DNA of 64,000 nucleotides from Iphione sp. A-MEVVRFRX5 (GCA_976226885.1 OZ320315.1:58652001-58716000); one strand, 5' to 3'. Counted from the stretch's first letter, positions 46,077 through 61,300 are shown. Numbers and translations are program-made. The notes: generated from the sequence alone by a model not told the origin.

Positions 46077-46342
46077 CATTTACCAGTGTTTATACTTTTT
46101 CCAGTGAAAATTGCCAGTTTTATACTTTTTGCCAGTCAAATTTACCAGTTTTTATATTTTCTTTAGTGACATTCACCAGTTTTTATACTTTTTCCAGTGA
46201 AATTCAACAGTTTTTATACTTTTTCCAGTGACATTTACCAGTTTTTATACTTTTTCCAGTGGCATTCACCAGTTTTTATACTTTTTCCAGTGACATTCAC
46301 CAGTTTTGATACTTTTCCAGTCCCATTTACCAGCTTTTATAC
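46077..46342 (+). repeat. T-rich minisatellite, 31-bp unit, about 8.5 copies
   Basis: CATTCACCAGTTTTTATACTTTTTCCAGTGA repeated with variants. Confidence 0.92.
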
Positions 46343-49300
46343 ACTATATCACACAGCCATAACGTTTTAGTATACAATACAATAGCAGTGACAGGCACTT
46401 GTATTATGTAAGAGGTCTCAGACAGCCCTCGCCTGTTCCTTCTGTGTTGGAGATAAGGTTTTGAATGAGAAATACATGAGAGATAGCAGGAACAGCCAAG
46501 ACAAAGACAGAGATGATAAGTCTGTGATAACGAGAAACCGGCCATAGATATTACTGTTGAGCAAGAAAAACGTTTCCGGTGTGAAGGTTGTGAGATAAAA
46601 ATCACGTTTTTTTTTGTTCGTGTCAATGTATGACGATGAATCAACTTTCTCTCACCAAAACACTGCTCTTTATGCTGATTTTGTGGGTTTAATTAGTAAT
46701 ACCATTTTTAAAATATGTGTGCATTATATAATTATTATATTATTATCTGCACTGTATTGCAGACCATTACCTATTCATCTGATTAAAATATGTTTGCTAG
46801 CCCAGAGAATGATGAAGGTGTATGCTGATCTGAGATCATATCAAGTGTGGGAAATATTTTGCCACTGGTTTATGGCAACCCAACCCGTTTCCTCTTGAAT
46901 TGAAGCCTTGATATAGCAAGCATACAGAAGTATAACCGCACTCATTGAAATGTTGGGGGAGCGACGGTAGGAGTTTTCGGAACTCATCAAGATCTGCGAA
47001 TTCGCTGCATGTTTTCTATGTATACATGTATACACGAAGAACTAATCTGGGAGATGGGAGTGGGACCGAGGTCCACATTCGTCGAATTTATTCTGAAGCA
47101 TGGCGCTCGCGGGATGCCTGCTGTCGGCTCACACACCGGAACCGGTTCCAGGGCACGCCGTAGCCTCTGGTCGCGTGACCGCATGCCTTTCTCTCTCTGC
47201 AGGCCTATCGACTTTCGCAGGCTGGGTCGACCCACTGCGCACCCATTCCGACCGACTGCAGCGTTTTACGGCCGCCCAGGTTTGGCCACAATTTGTATTC
47301 TCGCTGCTGGCTGCTCCCGACTATTCACCTTAGTTCTCAATTACATCAAATCAGGAGCAATTCACTGCGAAAAGGCCTGGGGCTGTTTGCGTTCAGGCAG
47401 CCGGCCCGATATGCTATGTGAGGTCAGTAGTCGCCATGACTTTTTGCGCCGCGATCTTTTTGGTTAGGACAGACATACTTGTGGGAGTAAAAAGGAGATA
47501 CCAGAGAGAAACGGGAAAGGAGAGGGGCGGGCGGCGAGGTTGAGTGGAGAGGGGTAAAAGGTGCAAGAGGAAAGGCAGGAAACGCACCACACACACGGAG
47601 TAACAGATAAAACGTGACCCTTTGTCTTTACCTGACAGTCGGCGGTCCGTTTGCAAACTAAAGAGAGGGGTCTGGTTTTCCAGCGCAATCCACAGCCTCT
47701 ACATAATTCAGACAACTGTCAGGATTATTAGAGAGCATCCGTCAAACTAAAACGGGGCCATATCCTATCAGTGGGACTCAAAAGGCCCGCTTTGTTTTGA
47801 ACACATTCGGAGTTTCTATAATTAATTAACTAATGCTTGCTTTCTGAATGCCATCTATCACTTATATTTGATCTCGAGCCTGCTTCATTCATTTGTAATG
47901 GGAAGGAAGGAGAAAGCTGGCTTTGTATCTATCCTTGCATCTTCTATGATTGATGAGTCTGGTTGGCCATTGCTCTCTTTGACTTTCTATCTTGACGAGG
48001 GACAAAAGTTCCGATGACCAAACCAGCCTTCGTTCGCGTGGGTTAGCTCACTATTTTCATTATATATCTTCATGGCCATGAATACTTGTGTGGAGCATAA
48101 TTCTGCTTGATTCTCGAATTGTGCTAAGTACGTGTATATCTAGAGTTATGACCATTTGCTATTTTCAAAGTCGCCTAAATGTTATCACTAGTCCCCATGT
48201 CCGCCAAGTACGTGTGATCTGCCTTTGTCAGAACATGATATTATTTCTCCCTTTGCTGCTCAGATTCTCAATCTAACGTACACAAGTAGTCTTCGCAGTG
48301 AGTCTGAAATGAGTTTGGAAATAAACTTGCGGCGTTTGAGAACCATACTCGCGTGATAGCTTGCCTGTATTTTCTCGATATAGACATACACTCAGTACAT
48401 GTGGTCGAGTACTCACATAATGTCTACATAATATTGTGCACAGGGTTCTCCGATTCTTATGTCTCTGTATTATTAATGCGTATTCAAGTGTGCGGTATAA
48501 TGCAATAAGCATACTCAACTAACCAATGTAACACAAGTTACTTATTAAGGGGTCTTTTTCATGAAAGTAGCAATTTTTTATTACTGGCAACTAACAATGA
48601 GTATTTCATACTAAAATTGTCCCTTTCTTTACATCGGATATTACGGATATCCTCACGGCATTTAACAGTTTATAAGATCTTGATTACCATTTAACAAATT
48701 AACGGTTGATTTACTCATTAAAAGGTTGACTAACACGGTTAAACAGAACAGGGCATGTCAGCGTTTGACATAATCAGATAACCTACAAACCTGTAAAGGC
48801 GATTGTCCGACCACAGTATCCTCCTATCATGGCTTACGTAGTAACAACTGTGTACAGGCAAAGCAATGCCATTAACTCTTTGTCCACTGGAAGAGCGATA
48901 TTTCTCATTTTATGCAAACATCTGGTTTCTGGTGGATGCAAAGCTTAACCCATTTTTAAATATGAGACAAAAGCGTATACCTTTCAGCTTCTCTCACAAG
49001 AAAAGTTGTAATAAACGTATAGATGAAGTATTTTGTACATGTTAATGGAAAGATTGCGTATAAACACATATACATATAGTATTTAATATATTAAACACAA
49101 ACCAGAAAAGCTAGTACATGTACTTAATTCCATACACATCAGTTGTATCGGCCAGTATTTACTTTCTTTACATTATCGAACACAGTGCACTTGTTTTATG
49201 CTTGATTTCTCACAGCAAGGTGATGTTCTCATAAGTTTTGCTACGGTATTCACCCATGAAAGAAAACGTGTGCCTACGACCTGTTCGCGGGTGTGCGCGA

Positions 49301-52300
49301 GCCACATGTCATTAATTGATTAACTAAGTGGTAGAATTCGCACATTGCACAGCTGACGGCAGTCCTGGAACTGAAGTATGCCAAACAAACAACGGTCACA
49401 GGACTTACCTCCTCTGTGATCCTGCGGATAGAGCTGGGAATGGGCCTTTGCGGATGCGGAGACCATCAAATACTTCACACGGTGATCAATGGGCGAATCG
49501 CCGAACGAGCCACGTTCAGCTGTAGACCTCAGCGGGTGCTTGCCGTGAACCCTCCTCAGCCTACCGGCCTTGACAGGGGGGACTTCAACGTGGCCTTTCA
49601 CTAGTTTATCCGTTGCAGTGCTTCTTCGCGAAGTAAAGAAGTGGATCGCTTATGATAGAATGCCTCTCCTAATACGGTATCCCGATTTGTCTATGTGCGT
49701 TCGTTTTCTCAGTATGAGGAGGTGTAAAGAGCAGGGGAAGTATATACTTATCTGCGGTGACCAGCAGGGTCTCTTAGCCTATTGGTGGTGCCTTCTGTTA
49801 CTTGACTCATGCCAGATCAAATAAAATGACTCATAACCTAGCTATTTGTGTAGCTACATATAGTAATTAGTCGATGTGAGCGAGCGAAGTCTCAGGTTCT
49901 TCCGGTGTGCTATCACATCCTGACGGGTCAGAATGCCCGCAGCGCTCGCGGGCAAATTGCCCGCCCCTCACGGCTGGAGTTGACGCCGAACTCCTCACTA
50001 AATTCCAGACCTCTAACACAAGCTCCGAAGTCCGTGCCTATAGTGTCTATATAGCTTGGAGTCCCGAGATGTGTTCGGTCAAGGCCTCCTTGCGCCTACC
50101 AACCTTCGCGACCATCGGCGAGGAGATCCTTCAAAGCGCGATTATCTCCCAGTATAGTGGCTGTATCGCGAAACAATCTCTGCTGCTCTCCCTGCGTGAA
50201 AAGTACTTTTGTACCCACGCTATATAACTTCCGGTCAGGCTGTGGCATATGACGCCTCTCTCTCCCTCTTCCATGTGGCCCTACTTTGGCTGTGGCTCAA
50301 CCCCTCTACCGCCGGCATTAATAACTCAGGGCCGGGCCTGATCAACAGCAGTAAGCTAGTACCACTAAAGTGATGGGTTAGCGGTTGCTGCGGCGATGGG
50401 GACGGGTGTGCGCAACTTGGCAAGAAGGAGCGATGAAAGGACTGGTGCGCCTCTCTGCCAGGCCGCCAACCGCACTTGGTATAAGGTCGTCAGCGGCGTC
50501 GGTTGCAGGGAGGCAACTGCGGGCAGCAGTCGGGCAATCCCGCCGAATGAGGGGCCTTCTTTGTACTTCTCCTCCTCCTTCTGCTCCAGCGGAACATACT
50601 TGGCTGTAGGTGGGGCCGTGGAGCCGCTGCCACCGCTGCCGCTGCCGCTGCCGCCGCCGCTGCTGATAGAAGAGTTTCTCTTCCAGCTCACTCCCGCCGC
50701 CTCTACCACTACCCCCACCACCGCCACCACCACATTCAGCTGCCTGCCGCACGCGTCATATGACAAACTCGCGCACGATGCTTTAATGATCACCATACGC
50801 TCACCCAGGGGGCGCCACCGTCAACACAGGAATCAGAGGGCTTGACGAACTAGTCAATAGCAGAGGACGTCTCAGCACTCGTGGCTTGATCAGACATGCA
50901 GCGAGGCGTGCAAACAGACCGGCGGTTCCTTTCCACTCATAGCTGATAGGAAAGGAATGAACTCCTAACTAGTAAATGTCTGAAGCGTGTTTGGGCGAAT
51001 TTGTATGGCATTCAAATGAGTTGTGTTGAACGCAGCTGGTGCCTGCTTTACTTGGCGTGACAACCATGTGCCAGAGTATCACTATCACAGACGGATGAGC
51101 AGGCTTATTCTTGTTTTACGAAAAAAATCAGAAAAGGTTGTCCTCTCCAATAAGTTACATATCCCGCTACATGTTTACATGCTAGATAATCACTCATTTC
51201 CGTTGTTAACTACATGTATTTGTAGAAGTATTTTGAAGAGAGGCAATTGCAGGCGAGGATTCGGAAGCGTTATATGGCAGCTACGCGCTTGAACGAGGCC
51301 AATCAGTAGTTTAACAACACCGTCGACACCCTAGTGTGGCTCTGGTCCTTCCGTGCTACTCTCCTCAGATCGATAAAGTGCACTGACCAGTCTACCGACG
51401 GACGTTGTCCCCCTAACCTGCAGCCCAGTCCACCCACCTCTCCCCAGCCCCCGCCTTAGTGACCTGAAGCAAAGACGCCCAGAAGATTGGGTGACTACCC
51501 TATATGGTCAGCCAGTACCCTGCGGATATTCCATGCTACCGTCGGTATTCAATCAGATGATCAAATTAGTGTGGTGATACCTGACTTGGGCCAGGTCGCC
51601 GCATGTGCGAGTGAGACCTGTCTCGTTAGGACTTGCCGCCGTGCTCCTACCATGCAGCCAGGGGGCAGCACGGTGGCACGCTGTGGTGGTGACTTTCTCA
51701 ATACCAGTGAAGTAATGAAGCTAAAGCGGCACGCGCCCTGACATGGTTCAAGCATGCAAGTTCAGGAAACCGGAGAGGACGTGAGACCGGCCTTCTCCCT
51801 GGGTCTAACAATACGCGCTGGGCCGTGTGGGGGCGATGCCAGTAATGACACATAAAACTCAGAGAGAAATATCTTTTAAAAAAAAACAAGAACAGAATTT
51901 CACTGAAGTATTCAATCAGACTAAGTCAGTATATGTACAATGACAAAGGCACGTTCAAGCGTATATTTATCAATGGGAGTGTAGTCTCTATATCATCTTG
52001 GTTGAGTGCATGTACCTCTAATCTACCTACTTTAGCAATGCTGAGGAAAGACATCTCTATGCTTATCATGAGGCATTCGGGCTGACTAAAGTTCTATCCT
52101 GTATTATTTTGGCCAGCCTTTTGCCTATAAATCTATCTTTCTTCCTTATTTGTTTAATATAAATGTCCTTGTGCTGGAAAAAGGTCACCGAATATACATG
52201 AGATGCAGAACAAAGGGTGCAGAGAAGAATGCTTTGCGCCAATATTGACTTAACGAGTCACGATTATAAATCTTAGCTCGCCGCCTCTAGATAGCTGTCT

Positions 52301-55300
52301 TGAACAGTTGGGAGAGAAAAATGTTTTGAATAAGACAATGTTAATTCCGCTTAAAGAAGTGGTGCGTTGCTTCTGCTTCTGCTCCTGCTCTTGTTGCTGG
52401 CAGTGGTGGTGGTCCTCATGGAGGATGCTGTGGTGTTATCTACAGCGGTTTTGTAATGAGTGAGTTCGCAGATATGGGACCGCTCCTGGGAAAGATCCAT
52501 CACCTGGGAGATATTCCTAGCACAGGGAGACACCCTTCACCGTCTCGCGCTCCATCACGCTCCCCACCAGAGCTGCATCCCTACCCAACCCCGATCCGCC
52601 CTCCCTTTTGGCAACTCCAGCAGCCAACTCGTCAGGATTATCGGTGACCACATCGGTGTCCCGATCGGGTGAGGATTCCGACACACCTACTGTATGGTTT
52701 GGGGCGACAGCAACAGCAGGCCGGCCGTCACAAGTGACCGATCGTACCTTGTGCTTGAGATTGACGAGAAACTAAAGGGTCAGAGAGAGTCTTTTCTATT
52801 AGGTGAAGGGGGCAGTGGAGGGAGGTCACAAATTGAGACAGTAAAAAACGCCTTTTCAAAATGTCTTTAAAATGACAAACAGGCTGAGGTACTGCAACAA
52901 AAGTGGGGAGCCGGAAGAGAATGGAGGAGGGAATTTGGATTTTTTGAATAGAAATTCATCGCTAGGAACAGATCAATTCATTGAAAATGCATACGAACGA
53001 CATTTTAAAAGAAATCCACATAAAATCAAAGCGTGGATTATTTCACATTATAAAGAAAGAAAAAGACAATTTCCATCGAATTATGGGGTTAGTTGCTTCA
53101 TCAAATAAAACCGTTTTCGCATAAGCACCATACCGATATACGTCGTATGTGCACGTTATTGAGGAATGAAGCAAGAAGGTGTCGTGACCGAAAGGGTGAA
53201 CATATTTCAGTTTTATTAACTCCATAAATAGGTTACACAATGTTTTGACATTTTATCGAGCATTTGATTGTTAACCAAATAAAAATAATCGCAAAAGACT
53301 AAGAGAAGGAAATCGCATTTTTACAGATGAGAATGTTCCCCAATAAGGAAAACTAATGAAGGACATTCGACTTGATGTTTTAGATCTAGATCATGTCAAT
53401 GTTCAACTAACACAATTACTTCCCAACATTTTATAATAACATTTGTAAATTCATAGACACATGTCTCCTCCTTTCGAGAACCGTTTCCCTTGATTCCTTC
53501 TGCTTGTTTCCCTAGTTGTTTTATTCTCGTCTTTCTCGTTGACTCAACGGATGGCCCAGTTTAAGATTTGCTCTTTCTGTATCAGTTCTGGTATTATCCC
53601 GGTAACAGCTTAGCTTCTTGCATTCTCTCCTTTGTTTTCGATTGAGACATTCAGTCGCTGAACCATGAGTGTTCATGGAAAAACCGTCTTGTCCTGTATT
53701 ATCTTCGGATCGATCATCCTGCTGTGCGGAAGTCGTGAATAAGGAAAAAAGCAAATGAATTAAGCACACCACATGCCGCGTTTTGCATACATGTCATTCC
53801 TGGAAGCAAGGTGCTTTCTTCTAGCATTAGGAGGGACAGTCATTGGGGCTTATTAAGACGCAAGCTTTGTTTCTTGAAATAATTGGCCCGTCTCGTTAGG
53901 CAGACAGTTGCGCGGCCGTAGATTAGTCGGATGGCATGTGATCATGTCACCAAAACACAGTGATCAGACGCTGGCGGAGGGGGAGGTAATTACCGAGGAC
54001 AAGCATCTGTCGAACTCCTCGCCAGAATGACGCACCAAAGGATCAGACGTGCGGATGCGCCCTGTCTGCCAGTTTCTCGAGATCAAAACGATATTGGTCC
54101 CTTCTGTAGGCGGCAGGGTTTGTCCCTTCTGAACCGTCCTCCATCATAGCGGCATAAATAATAAAAATTGGGCCATTTTGACGTGACAACTAGGGGAGCC
54201 GGTCCTCTCGTCTGAAGGTCTGAAGTTCCATTCCCGGCAAGGAAATGTACGTTACGTCCCCCCTTTGGGTGTGCATTCCCTTGCTATAAAATCGTGACAC
54301 CATTTTTCTCCTGGGAGTAGCTCAGCATTAAGACTTTCGTTGGCTGACGTAATCAGTTCCTCACAGGAAACGAATCCCGCAATGTACATCAAATGATCTA
54401 CATATAAGGATTCACAACACGAGTGATAAATGCTTCGTTAGAATGAACATTCCGCATAAAATGTGAGTGCCTCAGAGATGGTGATTGAAGGTTTTCATTC
54501 TACGTCTTCACTTATAATGAAATTCTCCAGACTGTTTGCAACTGAGACAGTGCTTCAATTATGGTGCAGAAAAAATTGAATTTATAGTTTAGAAGCCTCA
54601 GTGAGCGTGTAAAAGGCAGTTTGTGAGACAGTCCGTTGCAGCCTATCATCGACTTGGCCTTGAGGAATCTCTTGAAACATGCAACACTCTTTTCGGTTCG
54701 TGTCCTTACATTGCTTGCAATATATTGCTACACCACAGACTCCTTTCAAGTGATATTATAGGCAAGTGAAAAGGGCCTTCTTCGACTGGCACATCAGTAT
54801 ATGTTGGTATATTGATACAACGGGCACTCAATTTATGGTGGAAACAGTGTGCTGATAGTTATTTTTGTTACATTTAACACTGTGTTTTGTTTTTCCTCGG
54901 GGCCCGTGTGTCTGAGGAAAGATGATAAGGTTGTTATGACGCTTCACTTCAGGCTTAATTTAGCAGTGAAAGTTTATTGATAAACGATAAGTAGAGATTA
55001 GTCCCTCAAAGCACACAGCACTTTCGCGCTGTTTGAAACCTGCAGAAAAATGATCACCCTGGAAACGTACTAGCCCACGGGTTGGGTTTAATGAGACAGT
55101 GGTGCATATCATTTCATCCGTGCAGAGATAATCGATGGACATTGACAAATCTGCTGAGCAACGTAAGCTGATGCAGCGGACTTCAGTTGACGGCGATTGC
55201 AAATAAAGCAGGTTCCGCATGCCTGAATTTCCATATCAGTGGCGAGCAGTTGGAAACATTGTGGAGATTGACAGGGAGTGCCACAAGGTTTCTAGAATAT

Positions 55301-58300
55301 TCATATACATACTTATTATACACATGACTTTACATGTATGTGGAAGAGAAAATAGAAAATATCCAGTTTCATGGGGAGAAATATGATTTACCAAATTTAA
55401 CTAAAATTAAGGTTTTTCTATGAAAACCATGAGCATCATCAGAAAATATGACATAACAAATGGGGATAGTATTGGGATAATTGGGATAGTATTGGCATAA
55501 CTTTCATCAAAACATTTTAATTTTCTCTGCCCCAGCTGTTCCTGATATGTCAGGCCAGCAATACTAAATATTACATTTATCTGTAGTAACGAAAACACAG
55601 ATATCTTCGAAGTTAAGGAATCGATATGGCATGCTATTTGTCCTTTTCTTCACAGTCTCTTTTGTACAGTGCACTTCTTCGAGTGCCTTCTTCATAGGTC
55701 CTAAGATATCGTCATGAACATACATGTTTAAATGAAAAAGAAAATAAATAGTTTGAATTTTAAACATACGAAAAGCAAGGAATTGCATGTACATGGAAAT
55801 GCCCTGAGAACACTTAGTGAAGACCACTTGTCCGAATATTAATTGTAATTTTCTCTCAAAAATGTAAGAATAAATACACGTAAAGTGCCCACTGCCTAAA
55901 TACTTAGTCGATTTGATAAAGGGCTGTTCAGGGGCATTTAAACTATCTGCTATTTGCTACATTCCTCCCCCAGAGTTAAACAGAAAGCCTTATTCACGCT
56001 TGGATGAGATATAATCGTCATAGAAACTCTTACACCTATACAGAGTGTATGTTACAGTTAGTCTACTTGGTTGCGTCCAATCCATGGAAGCCTTTGTGCA
56101 AATTGTTGTGACATTTAATTTTGTTACACTGAGTCTACTCAGTTACTTCAAGGCAAGATATGGATCATACAAATCTAATAGAAACCTCTAGCAGAGGTAG
56201 CAAAATTGTAATGACTTTTAATTCTGTTTAGGTGGGTCTACTCGGTTAGGTCAAGGTAAGTTGTAGAACATAGCAATCCAAAAGACATCTCTGTAATCTA
56301 AGTTCGCTTTCCTTCTTGCCTTTCCAGTTTTACATGGACGTAGGTCAAGTAAAAGAAGATTTGTGTTTCTAGTTACCCGACCAACCCTGATATTGGTGCG
56401 ATTGAAACATTTAATTTTTGTTTTGTGAATACCTTAGGGATGAATAAAGATAGAGACATGCAATACACACCATTCTGTTCCTTGCGCCATTAGTTTTCAT
56501 TTGGCATAGGTGCTATTTAGAACTATAGATTACTTTATGCATTTGTTACTATTTTTCAAGTAGACATTGGCACTGTTGTAGTTGATTGTTATTTTAATTG
56601 AAATGAGCTCAGGATATGGTCATCTCTATAAAATTATACACCGTCATATCATCACTTTTTTAAAAAAGTTATTTACTCTGGAAATTTTATACAATAATTT
56701 GTATGTAGAATATACTTTCCTTGATACTCTTTAACAATGAAATCACATTTACGTGAATGATTGATGTTATAAGGGTTCATCCACACTTATGACATTTTCT
56801 TCAATACTAATCACTTACGGTTGCAATCATGAGAATAATCTGGTCATTCAAACAGTAGCACAGCAGCTTTAGCTCCATGTGCTAATCTTCTATATGCTAT
56901 ATGCGCAGCAGCTTTGCCACATGTGCACATTTTCTGACTATTTATATCAAAAAAGAAAATAATGTTTTTTAATGTTTACAGCTTGTATGCAGTTACATTT
57001 TAAGACTAAATCTAAGACTCATGTTTGTAGTTTTATTTGTATTATGTGCCCAGTTCCGCTCCACATACTAACTTATGATCAGTGTAATTACATCCTGAAA
57101 TAAGGCTTATTATAGAATTGTAAGTTTAAACTGTCTTTACATGGTTACATAGTCCCACGTGTGTTTGGTTTGTTAGTATTCGTTGTGAGCAGCCTCAGCT
57201 CCATATCACTTCTAGATACCAGAAAGTTTTGCATACAGTGGGCTATATATCATTCTTATATTTGATCTTTAACCAGTCTTATATGACAGCTTAAATCTTT
57301 TACCATGTTTGTTCAACATCTTTTTGAAGTCTATCAATTCTAATAGTGTATCTTTAGTCTTCAGTTTTTCCCAAAGTTTCGAATAACTATATTCGATGGA
57401 CTTCCTGTGACCCTCTCTTCATGGTCTGTGCACTACAATATGTTTTCTGTTAGTAAGCCTGGTCAGCCCAAGACCATTTAGTTCTCTATCACTTTCTCTT
57501 GAGGTAGCTAGGAATATTTTTTACAGCAATTGATTACAAGAAGACGATCGTTCAGTTTCATGCCTTGGAATATGCCGCTCTTGTATACTATAGCGATCTG
57601 CAACGGAAAATACCCATTACAAACTGTATAATGGGGACAGCCGCAGGTGTACTGAACCAATATCCAGTGCATTAACGTCGAATATGTCTGACATCCACAT
57701 AGTTTAACTGTTGCAGGATCACCACAGACTCCGAGGCGTACTTTTCCTGTCCGACGATAAAGGTACTGCACGCCGAGAAACCTCTTTATTTACGAGGAAC
57801 AATAAGGAAATAAAAAACTCTTGTTTCTTCCAGTAGAGTCCCCGGGTCATCCTTATCTTTCTTTATCACCTACACACTTTGAGCTTTTATTGCTTGATTT
57901 ACTTTCTCCGAAGCCTCTCAGTGCACACTGAGCAGTCTTTACTAGCACTCACTTCTTGCTGAACTGAAAGGGAGCATTTCTATTTTTCCTTCTGAGCAGC
58001 ACAAGGTGAGACCTTTCTTTCAAATTTGCCGAGATCAGGATATCACACTAAGGTTTTACATCAAATAATCAATCGTACGCACGAACAACTCTTCGAAAGA
58101 ACACATCCTGCCCGCCGTTTTTTTTTCAGAAAGATTTCCTCCTTTAACCATGCTTCTTGGGAGGAACCTTAGCAAGTAGGTCACTGCGCTAGCCATACAT
58201 GTACACTCTCAGAGCCCATGTCCCACCCTCTTCTGGCCTCACTGGGGTACCCAGTTCCATCGCTTCTTCCCCCAGAGGAAAAAGAGCGTGGGACTGGATA

Positions 58301-61300
58301 CGAATAGCAAAGGTATGCAGCTCACCCACAGAAGGTTCCAGTTACAACCCTTTCCTCCCTCAAATGGACTTGTAATAAAGCATCCATATCAACAAACAAA
58401 ATCTGATATTAGATTTGGATGGTCACCAATTAACGTGGCGCTATCTCTTAGGAAAACTATCAGTCCACTCTAGCCCTCTTACAGTGGCATTTAAGAATGT
58501 TTTGCCCCTGTTAAGTCTTGTTTTAAGCGTTGGAGTTTCATGTTAATATGGTTACTTAATTTTACTTCGCATGTCATTTAAAGTTATGTCCTTCGTGAAT
58601 GTATAGGCTTCGTGCAAATGAGAACAGCAACATAGACTTACCCCGCTTTTTGTGAATTATAACTATGCCCTTTATGGTTTACTGGGATCTTCGGAATGCA
58701 GCCCATAGCCAAGGGTGTATCGGGGTATCGTCCGATACTCCTGTACAAACATTACTGCCTACAGATCTTCATAGAGATGAAATCAATTAGTTCCACCCCT
58801 GGAGTACTGGGGGTATCATCCAATACTCCCCACAAAACTTCCCGGCTACAGGGCCTGGAATGTATTACATTTTCACTCGAAGAACATTTGACTTTTTAAA
58901 AATTCTCACTGTTTATTTGAGATTAATCGAAGAAAGCCCTGTGCTATCAAATGGAACAAAGGTATCAATATACTCATCAGTAAAGTACATGCGCCACATT
59001 GATTGCTTTTTTCAAGCAAAAACAATTCAAAATTCAAAACATCTTGGATAACGTATAGCCTTTCTATTACCGATATTTTGAGTTGTGTCATTGATTGAAA
59101 CCTAGGATTGCGTTGTACATCATGCAGGCTCTCTCTTGGCCTGAGGGCTCTGATCACTCCCGTCGATCCCTGCTTGTTCTTGGCCGCCTGCACCAAGCGG
59201 CCAGCACGGTGAAGTGGATGACCAGGGACTTCGGTCGTATTTCTAATATCAAGGGAGAAGTCCCGCCCGTCAGGTCGCCACTTGCCGAGGGGCCGCTACA
59301 CAAGAATGCCTACACGGGAGCCGACGTCTATACAGGGGGCGTTGACACTAATGAGGGGTGGTTTCCACGCAGATCGTGCTCGTTTCTACTCAGGAATAAC
59401 ATCGGCGAGCAGCTCGATCCGTCATAGTGGAGACGGCTATCTTGCCACCCCGCGACTTGCGACACGGACACCCTACGAGGCAGTAATCAAGGCTCCTATC
59501 AAACATCCCAATGCCGGCCCATCTACTGGCAGATCTTGAAGAATTAGAAGAGTGATAGGGGGACAAAACGTATGCTTTTAGTCCTGGTGAGTAAGATGGG
59601 TTGCGTCAAATGAGAATATCTCTTATTAACAGCAGACATAATTTGAGTAGAACAGTACAGAAAAAATAGTAATAGGTAGAACATGCCAAAGGTAGTCTAT
59701 GGCTCTCCTCTACATAAACATCTAACAGTTGCATCCAATGTTATATGCATGTATCTATATACATGTAATGACATTAAATATATGATAATCAGATACAACT
59801 ACGGGTCAAATGACACGGTCGTATAGATTCATGAAGATCAACATCTTAAACAGGAATTGCTAGACAAAATGAAGAAAGAAAATTTGACAGTCCATTAAGA
59901 CCATACTATAACATATATAAACTAGGATAACTGACCCCTTGCCTGCGCCCCCGGATCATGCCTTCATCGTCATTTCATCTGTCATCATACCACATTTTTT
60001 TCTTCATCACCTTGTATATAGTGTACATACATGGATTGTAGATATATTTGTACATAGTAATTAAGAAAATGAAAACTTCAGAATTGTACAATCCTGGCAC
60101 CACACAGGAATGCCAGGTGAAAGAATGGAATAAAAAAAAAAGAATCATCACTTTATAGGAAGGGTTGGTACACTTGTAGATACATACAGGCAGCTGTAGA
60201 CATGTCTCAGTTGACAGTGGTATTAATTGATTTTGTCCCTGCATCTTCTGACCAAAATGACAGTGTGGTGTAGCGTGGTTAACATAATACTACGCATATT
60301 TTTTCGAACCCGCATCTGCAATCAGTCTAAGATCGGCCATAGGGCTCTGTCGCGATGTTTTATCCTTATATTCAGTAATAAAATAACAATGATAGGCACC
60401 ATTTAAGTGTTTTATTAAGATCCGTCTAAAAGAAGGGAACAAATCACATCACACTTTATGTGAAACTAGATTCAGACTATATCAGATGCGGGAAGGCAGA
60501 CCATAACTTTGTTGTTTCCTGTCCCCAGGTGTAAGACATTTTGCGGTGCGTGTTCAAGGGATGGATGACATACGGAAAACATTGTTTTTTATTGGGTTCT
60601 CCCTAAGATAGATTGCATTCCCTTTGCATGTGAATGACCCTCTATATCGTCTGAGCAGTAGTGACATTTAGCCGCAAAGAATTCCAACAAGCATACAGAT
60701 CTTACCGAATTATATATTTGAATGCACTGCTGGCAGTCGGTCCTTTTGGCAACTCTACTCCTCCCCTCATTCAAATTAGTATGAATCCAATGACCCATCC
60801 GCAAACATGTCCTGATCCTCATGTTACACCTACATAGCAGTTGGTTGATACCCTGACACATACTTGTACTATGCCTGGGTCACTAGGCTCGTGCCTTCCC
60901 AGCGGTTTGCCAAGTGTGTCTCTCCCTGCTGGCGTGTGGCAGCATTTGCGTCCTCCCCAATCCGAGCACCGATGGAATCGATCCAATAGATGGGGTTTGG
61001 GTCTGCCCTGGCCATTCCTAAAAGGATCCTGGCGGATGCTTGCACCCACCGACATGTTGATGTTGAAGGCGAGAGACAGCCGACTGTCTCGCACCGCCTA
61101 CTCTCCCGCCCTTATGTCGTCATCACTTTACCACTGAATTATAGACTATGAAGGGAGTAGGATAGAAATACATGAATACACACTATGCTGGCCCATAAGC
61201 CGTTTTGAAACATTCCAGTAATATTGGTCGGCATACGTTGATCCCTTCAGCAGAACCCTTCGATCCTTTCACGAAATTAGCTCTATATTTATCTTCACTG

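Noticed and set aside
49416-49604. GDFNV, an APE endonuclease-like motif
   Set aside because: Isolated pentapeptide followed by a stop; the other APE motifs are missing.
60260-60320. A-box/B-box-like pair (TAGCGTGGTTA...TTCGAACCC) suggesting a tRNA or SINE head
   Set aside because: No cloverleaf stems can be drawn, and there is no SINE tail or TSD.
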